A DNA stretch of 48,486 nt from Patescibacteria group bacterium (GTDB taxonomy: Bacteria; Patescibacteriota; Microgenomatia; Levybacterales; UBA12049), in NCBI GenBank assembly GCA_023473785.1, contig JAMCYD010000001.1, positions 1-48,486 of the forward strand, given 5' to 3'. Below, piece by piece: positions 26,047 to 33,800 of the stretch. Position 1 is the first letter of the stretch. Every line of letters starts with the position of its first letter. Below the pieces are notes generated by a model. It was not told the origin of the DNA, searched no databases, and saw nothing but the letters and a program-made list of their open reading frames with translations. The position numbers and the translations under genes are program-made.

Positions 26047-27045
26047 CTACTGTTTAATACGTCGTGCTATATTATCTACACTAAATCTCCCATCAATCAT
26101 AATTCTTGGGAAAAGATATAAGTTATCCTTACTTTGGTTTGTTCCGTAGACTGTTGAAGCTGCTCCCTTAAAACCCGCATCCCTAACTGTCTGGATAATA
26201 AACGGGCTATAGCTTCCATAAGGATATGCAAACCAATGCACGGGTTTTTTTAAGCGTTTTTCCAGATCAAGCTTGCTACCCTTTATTTCATCTACGATTT
26301 CCTTCTGGGAAAGATCTGGAAGATTGGGATGGTGACGGGTATGAGCTCCAATCTCAACCAGACCTGATTTATCCATTTCTATAATTTGATCCCATGTAAG
26401 ATAAGCAGGAATACCCAAAACCTGGGTAATGACAAATTGCACTGCTTTCATGTGATACTTCTTCAAAAGAGGAAAAGCATTTTCATAGAAATTCCTGTAT
26501 CCGTCATCAAAGGTGAGGACAATAGGATTTGGCGGTAGAGAGATTTTTCCATCCAATGCATCCGAAAGTTCATCAAGAGTAATTGCATGATAGTTATGTG
26601 TGCTAAGATAGGAAAGTTGCTGGTCAAGCTGATCAGGTGAGACATTTAAGGCTGCCCATACAGGATTACCCGGCATTGGATTTATACGAATATGATGGTA
26701 CATGAGAATTGGAATAAATAATTCGTTCGGGGCAACTATTGTTGAGGGAAGGTTTGTAAGGGGGGGCGGTTCTTGAAGTTCTGCAAGCTCAGTAATTCGG
26801 TTATAGTCTTGGTTTGACTTAATAATAAGTTTTGTCCCTGAAATGTTATTGGCAAGATCAAATCGTAGCGGAAACGTACTTTGCGCCCTTTTATAAAAAG
26901 CAAGCGCATCTTTAGCATTACCATACTTCAGAAGCGAGTCTGCGCGGTTTTTTAACTGCTCACTTTGATAGTAAAGCCATGAGCCTAAAACTGCTATAAG
27001 TGCAACAAAAACTATGATTAGGAGTAATTTTATTTTTTTTGTCAT
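26047..27045 (-). CDS. Membrane-anchored polysaccharide deacetylase (NodB homology domain)
   Basis: LTFDDGY, IGAHTRHH and WFAYPYG motifs are present. The N-terminal TM begins MTKKIKLLLIIVFVALI. The start is taken at 27045 rather than 27204. Confidence 0.8.
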   Translation of the reverse strand: MTKKIKLLLIIVFVALIAVLGSWLYYQSEQLKNRADSLLKYGNAKDALAFYKRAQSTFPLRFDLANNISGTKLIIKSNQDYNRITELAELQEPPPLTNLPSTIVAPNELFIPILMYHHIRINPMPGNPVWAALNVSPDQLDQQLSYLSTHNYHAITLDELSDALDGKISLPPNPIVLTFDDGYRNFYENAFPLLKKYHMKAVQFVITQVLGIPAYLTWDQIIEMDKSGLVEIGAHTRHHPNLPDLSQKEIVDEIKGSKLDLEKRLKKPVHWFAYPYGSYSPFIIQTVRDAGFKGAASTVYGTNQSKDNLYLFPRIMIDGRFSVDNIARRIKQ

Positions 27046-27296
27046 TTTCCGAAAAATCAGCCTACCATTTAGATTAACAACAAACATAAAAGATTTCCAG
27101 TATTGGGTTTTATAATCCAAACCTAGTATATATAAATGTAACAGTGTATAATGAGGTTTATGGCGAAACGAGATACAGGAGTTGGGAAAAAGAAGAGGTC
27201 CCATTCATACAAGACCAAGAAAAGACTTGGAATAAAATATGAGATGCTGGCGAAAAAAGCCAGAAAGCGACATAAATAGAGTCTTCTAATATCTTT

Positions 27297-27305
27297 TGAT
27301 ATAAT
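27297..27305 (+). promoter_or_regulatory. Extended -10 TGATATAAT, 6 nt before ATG 27312
   Basis: TGATATAAT-AAGCGT-ATG. Confidence 0.5.
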
Positions 27306-27311
27306 AAGCGT

Positions 27312-28055
27312 ATGGAGTCAAGACGCGTTGCATTGGTAACTGGTTCGTCAAGAGGAATTGGTGCTGGAGTAGCAAGATTTCTTTCTGACAGAGGATACTT
27401 TGTCCACACCACATATTATAAAGACCGTGACCTTATTCAAAAAGAGTTTGCCAAAAATCCTAATGCTCGCATTCACTATCTAGACTTACAGGATGAAAAA
27501 TCCGTAAGGAACACTATAGAATCTGTTAAGAAATTGTCGGGCGTGCTTCATCTTTTGGTCAATAATGCTACTGTCGATTATAATATTCCAATCGAAAAGA
27601 TGGATATTGAGGACTGGGATGAAACTTTTGATATTCGCGTCAGAGGAACATTCTTGATGACAAAGTATGCTTTACCTCTTCTCAAGAAAGCGCAAAGGTC
27701 AACTATTGTTAATATAACATCTTCGTGGGCAAATGAAACTCAACCCTCTTTTCCGGCAGCTGCTGCTGCAGAGGCGGCAAAAATGAATTTCACAAAAACC
27801 TCGGCAGTTGCTCTTGCAAGATATGGCATCAGGACTCACTCTGTCAATCCCGGCGTGACAAGGACACCTCTTTGGGATCCTTGGGGCGTTGACGATAAAG
27901 GGTGGGAAGAGATGGCTAAAAACAATCCATTGGGAAGAAATTGTACGCCTGAAGATGTGGCCCGGGTAATTTTTTATCTTGATTCAGAGGACGCCGCGTA
28001 TCTTAACGGTGAGGAGATATACGTCAACGGCGGAAATCACCTCCGTTCGTCGTAA
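27312..28055 (+). CDS. SDR family oxidoreductase (FabG-like)
   Basis: TGSSRGIG and NNAT motifs, a C-terminal VNGG, and a 247-aa length fit the family. Confidence 0.85.
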   Translation: MESRRVALVTGSSRGIGAGVARFLSDRGYFVHTTYYKDRDLIQKEFAKNPNARIHYLDLQDEKSVRNTIESVKKLSGVLHLLVNNATVDYNIPIEKMDIEDWDETFDIRVRGTFLMTKYALPLLKKAQRSTIVNITSSWANETQPSFPAAAAAEAAKMNFTKTSAVALARYGIRTHSVNPGVTRTPLWDPWGVDDKGWEEMAKNNPLGRNCTPEDVARVIFYLDSEDAAYLNGEEIYVNGGNHLRSS

Positions 28056-28152
28056 GCTCACTATCTCCTGATATAACTCTCTCGAGTCTCAGGTTTTTAG
28101 AAATGAGAACCTGGACAAAGGAAAAATTTAAAATAACGAGATACCTAATTGG

Positions 28153-28617
28153 TTATTTGTAGAGGTTTTTGACTTGGAAAAGAATATAAAATCCAATAAC
28201 AGCGGAAAGAATAGCGCCTACTATATATAGTTGTACCAGACTCGAGATAATAGAAATAAGCTGAGCCCAATACATATATCTCCAAGCTGCAATTTTTTTT
28301 GAGAAAAGTCCCGGTACTGCCATTATTTCAAGAAGGACAGCGGGAATAAGCAGAATTATCCCTATCCACATTGTCGGAACACCTGCAACAGAGCGTGCAC
28401 CACCTAAAGGTGCAAGCATAGTCGCAAGACTTCCAAGTCCAAAGAGTACCAAAATTGCGGGAATGGTGAAGATTAAAGAAATGATTACCAGATAAGGAGC
28501 GATTTTTACGATAATCTCTTTTATGTTTTGAGGAAGTGCCGGAGCTTTCTTGCCAAAATACTCATCAAGCGTTCCTTCAAGCTGCGAGAGCGGATTTTGT
28601 GAACTTGTTTCTGCCAT
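28153..28617 (-). CDS. Membrane protein (about 4 TM), unknown function
   Basis: Hydrophobic ORF with a soluble N-terminal 35 aa. Confidence 0.6.
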   Translation of the reverse strand: MAETSSQNPLSQLEGTLDEYFGKKAPALPQNIKEIIVKIAPYLVIISLIFTIPAILVLFGLGSLATMLAPLGGARSVAGVPTMWIGIILLIPAVLLEIMAVPGLFSKKIAAWRYMYWAQLISIISSLVQLYIVGAILSAVIGFYILFQVKNLYK

Positions 28618-28798
28618 GTATATCTAGCGTATATGGTTAAAACTCGTTTGTCAAGGGGTTCTATAGGGGTCTGTATTTTACTTCCAATTAGATATAAAGT
28701 AGAGTAGAAGGTGATGTAGAAACTCTCTTATTGCTTATTTTTAAAAAATATGTCTAAATATAAAAGAGAACACTAAGTAAAAAGGAGGTGATTATTAA

Positions 28799-28969
28799 AT
28801 GAATGCGAAAACCAAATCATGTTTTGCTCCTCATACCTTGATGCACAGCTTGTTTGGATTAGGTCTTGGCTTTTTGCTTGCGGCCTTAATCCCATCACTT
28901 GCTAATGTTTTACTAGGAGTTATTGTAATAGTTGTAGCAGTAGGATTAGATTTCATGCGCAAGGGTTAA
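28799..28969 (+). CDS. Small membrane peptide (56 aa) with a Cys/His-containing N-terminus; not in the supplied ORF track
   Basis: The sequence is MNAKTKSCFAPHTLMHSLFGLGLGFLLAALIPSLANVLLGVIVIVVAVGLDFMRKG. It is preceded by the strongest Shine-Dalgarno in the window (AAAGGAGGTGAT, 6 nt spacing). It lies 40 nt upstream of sodN. Confidence 0.5.
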   Translation: MNAKTKSCFAPHTLMHSLFGLGLGFLLAALIPSLANVLLGVIVIVVAVGLDFMRKG

Positions 28970-29009
28970 AGATAGTAGGTGGTCGATTTTACAGAGCTTA
29001 TATTGCTAT

Positions 29010-29447
29010 ATGAAGCAAATATTATCTATTTTTACAAGGATACTTCCGACACAAATAGCTTATGCTCATTGTGATGTGCCTTGCGGAATTTATGATCCAA
29101 AACCAGCACAAATTGCAGCCGCAACAGTACTTAAAATGGTTCAAAAAATAAATGAATTGCCAAAAGACAACCCGACAATTCAGGATAGAAATGCATTTGT
29201 CAGAATGGTTCTAACCAAAGAAGAACATGCAAGAAAATGCAAGGAAGAACTGCTTGTACTTTGGACTGATTACTTTAAAACCGAACACATTTCATTATTT
29301 CCTAATCTCCATGAAGTTTTTTGGCAAGCAGCAAAATCATGCTCTAAAAATAAGCAAAATGTGGATATTAAGTCTGCGGAAGAACTGGTAAAAGCTGTTG
29401 ACGAAATTACCGAAATGTTTAAAAAAGCGCAAGCGGCAAAAACATAA
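29010..29447 (+). CDS. sodN: Nickel-containing superoxide dismutase precursor
   Basis: The Ni-hook HCDVPCGIYDP follows a 19-aa leader, MKQILSIFTRILPTQIAYA. The rest of the protein is colinear with Streptomyces-type NiSOD (..VLWTDYF..). Confidence 0.9.
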   Translation: MKQILSIFTRILPTQIAYAHCDVPCGIYDPKPAQIAAATVLKMVQKINELPKDNPTIQDRNAFVRMVLTKEEHARKCKEELLVLWTDYFKTEHISLFPNLHEVFWQAAKSCSKNKQNVDIKSAEELVKAVDEITEMFKKAQAAKT

Positions 29448-29452
29448 AAATA

Positions 29453-29749
29453 GTGAGTTTTAATATCTTCAGTTTTCTCCCTCTTCTAAAATTCCGGATA
29501 GAAGAAAACAGCATGAGCCCATTCTTAAAATCCGGAGATATGGTTTTGGTTTCAAAATTTGGGAAAGTAAAACCGGGAGATATTGTTGTTTTTAAAATCA
29601 AAAATGCAGTTTACATTAAGCGTATTGAAAAGAAAAAAGGAAACAAGTATTTTTTAATAGGAGACAACAAGAAAGAAAGCATTGACAGTCGGAAATTTGG
29701 ATGGATAGATGAAAAAGATATAATTGGGAAGGTGATTGCCAATTTTTAG
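29453..29749 (+). CDS. sodX: S26 signal-peptidase-like NiSOD maturation protease
   Basis: The serine motif is NSMSPFLKSGD. GDNKKESIDSRKFGWI is also present. The gene lies immediately downstream of sodN. The GTG start is needed to include the Ser motif. Confidence 0.75.
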   Translation: MSFNIFSFLPLLKFRIEENSMSPFLKSGDMVLVSKFGKVKPGDIVVFKIKNAVYIKRIEKKKGNKYFLIGDNKKESIDSRKFGWIDEKDIIGKVIANF

Positions 29750-29761
29750 TTATACTTAAGT

Positions 29762-30286
29762 ATGAATTTTATTATCTTCAACTTAATACTTTTTCTACTA
29801 ATCATTGTTTTATTTATAATCCTGTCTTGGGTTTGGCCGCCTGATAGTCCCTGGGCGCCTTGGTGGAGGACAAATAAAAAAACTGCTAGGGCAATCTGTA
29901 AGCTTGCTAATATTTCCGAAAAAGATATTGTCTATGATTTGGGATGCGGTGATGGAACTTTAATTATTACTGCTTCAAGAGAGCATGGAGCAAAGTCAGT
30001 GGGGATAGAAATTGATCCGCTGCGTTTTCTAATCGCAAAAATTAGAATTATTTTTAATAATTTATCAAAAAAAGTAAATGTTAGAAGGAAAAATTTTTTC
30101 CATGAAGATTTATCGGAGGCGACGGTTATTGTAGTTTATCTTGTCCCAAAGGCTTTGAATTTACTTTTACCAAAATTTAAGAAGGAACTCAAAAAAGGTA
30201 CAAGAATTGTAAGTTATAGATATGAAATTAACTTACCGCTTAAAAAATATGATGATAAAGACAAAATTAGATTGTATGTTATCTAG
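29762..30286 (+). CDS. Class I SAM-dependent methyltransferase with an N-terminal TM helix
   Basis: Motif I is VYDLGCGDGTL, followed by an acidic GIEID. Confidence 0.75.
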   Translation: MNFIIFNLILFLLIIVLFIILSWVWPPDSPWAPWWRTNKKTARAICKLANISEKDIVYDLGCGDGTLIITASREHGAKSVGIEIDPLRFLIAKIRIIFNNLSKKVNVRRKNFFHEDLSEATVIVVYLVPKALNLLLPKFKKELKKGTRIVSYRYEINLPLKKYDDKDKIRLYVI

Positions 30287-31229
30287 TTCTTAGAAAGAAC
30301 CAGCGGATTTTGTCGGTGAGCCTGTAGAGATTATAAAGAAAGGGGTTAATTACAAAATCGTAGCTTCCTACGAATTCAACGAGGTCCCCGCCGTAGCCCT
30401 GTTTGAATTTGTGGAAACCATACCATGGATCTTTGGGATCAGGATTTGGACCAAGTGCCCCCCACATATCAAATTTTTTAAGCCCAAGTTTTTTGCCAAA
30501 TTTTATTGCCTCCCACATCATAAGATTTGATGCCATGGTTTCCCGATGTTTTTCGCTCGACGCGCCATATGGGTAATAAAGGGTGTCTTTATAAACAAAC
30601 AAAATCCAAGCAGCAAGAGTTTCATTTTTATATTTCGCCAGCAATAAATGCGCAATGAGACTATCAGTCTTTAGTTTTTGGTCGTTAGTCTTTGGTCTTA
30701 AAGTTTCCCACATCAGTTTATGATATTTCTGGGTATGAGCATGGAAATTTTGTCTTTTGGTTGTTTCCTCTGTCAGTTTTAGGTACTCCTTAAAAGCCTT
30801 ATCGGAATTGTCTTCAATTATTTTTACCCCATGTTTTTCTGAAACCCTTATGTTGTATCTGGTTTTTTGATGCATCGCTTTTAATAATTCGTCTTCTGAT
30901 TTTGTCAGATCTAACACAAAAGTATATTTGGTAAAAAGAGGATGAGCTGCTGGTACAAGGCCTAAATTCGTGATTCTTGGTTTGTTATTCGTCGCTAATA
31001 TATTTGGTTCAAGCTGAATAAAAATACAATTGTTTTCTTTTCCTATTTTTCTAAGTTTATTAATAAATTCTTTATTCGGTAAATCTCCCTTGGGAATATA
31101 TCCGACGCTCCAGGGAAGATGGGGAATTTGATGAATTGTCATTTGGAAGTTGCCTTCCCGAATTACTTTTACTGCGGTTTTTTTTCTAAATTCTCCCCAT
31201 TCAAGGGATTGTAAAGGATGGTTGCTCAT
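30279..31229 (-). CDS. FemAB family peptidoglycan peptide-bridge aminoacyltransferase
   Basis: The N-terminus LQSLEWGEFRK, the YPYGASS pattern and the FKQGYGG pattern are typical of FemX/MurM-type enzymes. A GGTGGAG Shine-Dalgarno-like sequence lies upstream. Confidence 0.8.
   Translation of the reverse strand: MSNHPLQSLEWGEFRKKTAVKVIREGNFQMTIHQIPHLPWSVGYIPKGDLPNKEFINKLRKIGKENNCIFIQLEPNILATNNKPRITNLGLVPAAHPLFTKYTFVLDLTKSEDELLKAMHQKTRYNIRVSEKHGVKIIEDNSDKAFKEYLKLTEETTKRQNFHAHTQKYHKLMWETLRPKTNDQKLKTDSLIAHLLLAKYKNETLAAWILFVYKDTLYYPYGASSEKHRETMASNLMMWEAIKFGKKLGLKKFDMWGALGPNPDPKDPWYGFHKFKQGYGGDLVEFVGSYDFVINPFLYNLYRLTDKIRWFFLRTR
30666..30700. repeat. Degenerate heptamer tandem repeat x5 inside the FemAB gene. 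The plus strand reads AGTCTTT AGTTTTT GGTCGTT AGTCTTT GGTCTTA; the sense unit is AAAGACY.
   Basis: Read directly from the sequence. It encodes RPKTNDQKLKTD. Confidence 0.8.
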
Positions 31230-33091
31230 AAATACTCCACCTCACCTTTTTCCAAAATGTGCAAATTATTGGATAATATATTTTCCGGGAGCTCCAAAAT
31301 AAATCTTGAAATGACATTTGATGTCCGCTGCCCAAAGAACAATCTTTTTCGCGAGTAAGTTAAGAAAAGTTTTTCCCGTGCTCTGGTCATGCCAACATAA
31401 CAGAGTCTTCTTTCTTCCTCAAGTTGACTTTTGTCCATCAAGCTTCTTGAATGCGGGAAAAGACCTTCTTCCATGCCGACCATAAAGACTACAGGAAATT
31501 CTAGCCCCTTGGCTGCATGAAGGGTCATTAGGTTTACCGCGTCTTTTTTCTTGCCTCCGCCAGCCGGCGGATTGGGATGATCGGGAAGGTATTCTTGTTC
31601 AACTAGAGCAACATTTTCCAGAAAATGGGTGAGATTTGGAAATTCAATAGCAACAGAGCGCAGCTCTTTTATATTCTCAAGCCGCATTCTGTCCTCTTCG
31701 TCTTTTTCATCATATAAAGATAAATAATCAGTGGCAGAGGTTACTCTGTCAAGAATTTCAAGTGTCATAAGGTTGTCTACTTTTCCTGACTCAAGCAGTT
31801 TTTCCTGAAATTCTTGAAATTTTCCAAGCCGTCCCTTTCCCAGCTTTTCTATTCTCTTAAAAGAGATCATGTCTTTTGGATTTGCGAGAATTTTAAGATA
31901 TGCAAGTATGTCCTTGATTTCACGTCTTTCGTAAAATCTCGTTCCTCCAATAAGCGTATAGGGAATTCCTAGATGCAGGAAGACTTCCTCAATCGATCTT
32001 GACTGGGCATTAGTTCTATAAAGAACTGCAAAATCTGAATATTTAAGCTTAGGATTTTGGTATTTAATATCCGTTATCCCATTTACGATAAATTCTGCTT
32101 CGTTATGTTCATTTGAAGCCTCATAAAGCATTACGTCATCTCCTTTTCCATTTTCTGTCCAAAGTGTTAATACCGGATGTGAGGTGTTTTTTGAAATAAC
32201 AGAAGATGCAGCATCTAAAATCTTTTGAGTAGATCTATAATTTTGAGATAGTGCAAATGTTTTTGTATTCTTAAAATCGTCCTTAAATCTTATTAAATTT
32301 TGAAAATCAGCTCCTCTCCAGCTATAGATACTTTGAGAAAAGTCACCCACAACGCAGATGTTCTGTTTTTTGATGCTTAAATCTCCTGCAAGCATTTTTG
32401 TAAGTATGTATTGAGCGCGATTTGTATCTTGATATTCATCGACTAAGATATACTGAAATTTATCTTGATATTTTTTAAGAATTTGATGATTTGATTCAAA
32501 AAGATAAATCGCTTTAAGTATAAGATCATCAAAATCCAGAGCGTTATTTTCCTTAAGAATTTTTTGGTAAAGAAAATAAATCTTAGCAACAACTTCCTGG
32601 AAATGGCCTCTTGCATACTTTGGATATTCGCTTTCGCCTATCAATTCATTTTTTGCCCCAGAAATAGTATTTAGAATTGATGAAGGTTTAAAATCCCGAG
32701 TCGAGATATCAAGTAGCTTCATCGCTTCTTTGATCGCATCGATCTGATCGCCTTCGTCATAAATAACGAAATTTTGCGAGATGCCAATATGCTTGCCTTC
32801 AATCCTAAGAATTCTTACACATAGAGAGTGAAACGTAGAGACAAAAGGCTGTAGAGAAGGATTGTTTATTTTAATTCTTTCCTTCATTTCATTGGCTGCT
32901 TTGTTGGTAAAGGTAACCATAAGAATACTATCTGGATCAACTCCCAGCGCATTTATTAGATAAAGGACTTTATAAGTAAGAACCCGCGTTTTCCCTGATC
33001 CTGCGCCTGCCAAAATAATCATCGGCCCATTTGTCTGAAGAACGGCTTTTTTCTGCTCTTCGTTTAAGTCCTTGAGAAAATCTTTATCCAT
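31226..33091 (-). CDS. pcrA: ATP-dependent DNA helicase PcrA/UvrD family
   Basis: Motif I is AGAGSGKT, motif II is VDEYQDTN, and NYRS is present. TLHAAKGLEFPVVF and YVGMTRA are also present. Confidence 0.9.
   Translation of the reverse strand: MDKDFLKDLNEEQKKAVLQTNGPMIILAGAGSGKTRVLTYKVLYLINALGVDPDSILMVTFTNKAANEMKERIKINNPSLQPFVSTFHSLCVRILRIEGKHIGISQNFVIYDEGDQIDAIKEAMKLLDISTRDFKPSSILNTISGAKNELIGESEYPKYARGHFQEVVAKIYFLYQKILKENNALDFDDLILKAIYLFESNHQILKKYQDKFQYILVDEYQDTNRAQYILTKMLAGDLSIKKQNICVVGDFSQSIYSWRGADFQNLIRFKDDFKNTKTFALSQNYRSTQKILDAASSVISKNTSHPVLTLWTENGKGDDVMLYEASNEHNEAEFIVNGITDIKYQNPKLKYSDFAVLYRTNAQSRSIEEVFLHLGIPYTLIGGTRFYERREIKDILAYLKILANPKDMISFKRIEKLGKGRLGKFQEFQEKLLESGKVDNLMTLEILDRVTSATDYLSLYDEKDEEDRMRLENIKELRSVAIEFPNLTHFLENVALVEQEYLPDHPNPPAGGGKKKDAVNLMTLHAAKGLEFPVVFMVGMEEGLFPHSRSLMDKSQLEEERRLCYVGMTRAREKLFLTYSRKRLFFGQRTSNVISRFILELPENILSNNLHILEKGEVEYL
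31556..31571. repeat. GC-rich near-palindrome TCCGCCAGCCGGCGGA inside pcrA (encodes PPAGGG)
   Basis: With its flanking CC, it matches the palindrome at 18590..18607 in 17 of 18 positions. Confidence 0.8.
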
Positions 33092-33125
33092 AGCGTATAA
33101 TTGACGTACGTTTTCATTTTACCAT

Positions 33126-33800
33126 ATGAGAAATCTTGAATTATTAGTTGCTAACTGGAAGTCAAATAAAACAATTGATGAGACAGAGACATGGCTTCAT
33201 GATTTCAGCGAGGGTCTTAATAAAGCAAGCATTGGACTGGAGGACAGAAGGATTATCGTTGCTCCTCCATTTACATCGCTTGAACATGCTCGTTACTGCG
33301 CAGGTAACCTAAAACTGGCTATTGAATTTGCTGCCCAGGACATCTCCCCTTTTATTGAGGGAGCATATACTGGCGCAGTTAATGGTAAGCAAATTAAGGA
33401 ATTTGCCAACTACGTGATTATTGGCCATTCTGAAAGACGAAGAGAATTTGGTGAGACAGACGAAATGCTTGAGAAAAAAGTTGCTATGGCACTCCACTTT
33501 GGGCTTACTCCTATTTTTTGTATCCAGAATGAGAATACACCAGTACCCCAAGGTATAAAGATCGTCGCATACGAGCCTCCTTCGGCAATTGGTACGGGTA
33601 ATCCTGATACACCAGAAAACGCTAATAACGTTGCAATTAAAGTAAAAGATAGATACGACATAACGCATGTCCTTTATGGCGGAAGTGTAACAGGTCAAAA
33701 TGTTGCGAGTTTTATGCAAATGCCAAGTATTGATGGCGTCCTCGTTGGCGGTGCGAGTCTAGATCCCCTCAAGTTTTTAGAAATAATTAAGAATGCATAG
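33126..33800 (+). CDS. tpiA: Triosephosphate isomerase
   Basis: ANWKSN, IIGHSERR, AYEPPSAIGTG and YGGSV motifs are present. Confidence 0.85.
   Translation: MRNLELLVANWKSNKTIDETETWLHDFSEGLNKASIGLEDRRIIVAPPFTSLEHARYCAGNLKLAIEFAAQDISPFIEGAYTGAVNGKQIKEFANYVIIGHSERRREFGETDEMLEKKVAMALHFGLTPIFCIQNENTPVPQGIKIVAYEPPSAIGTGNPDTPENANNVAIKVKDRYDITHVLYGGSVTGQNVASFMQMPSIDGVLVGGASLDPLKFLEIIKNA

Noticed and set aside
27046-27204. 53-codon N-terminal extension of the polysaccharide deacetylase ORF
   Set aside because: The extension precedes the obvious N-terminal TM anchor (MTKKIKLLLIIVF) and overlaps the divergent promoter region. The internal ATG at 27045 gives the standard architecture.
28090-28113. Possible terminator hairpin CAGGTT...AACCTG between the convergent SDR and membrane protein genes
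   Set aside because: The stem is only 6 bp, the loop is 12 nt, and there is no flanking U-tract. It is too weak to call.
33309-33719. 136-aa and 83-aa minus-strand ORFs inside tpiA
   Set aside because: They are antisense to a gene with all TIM catalytic motifs.
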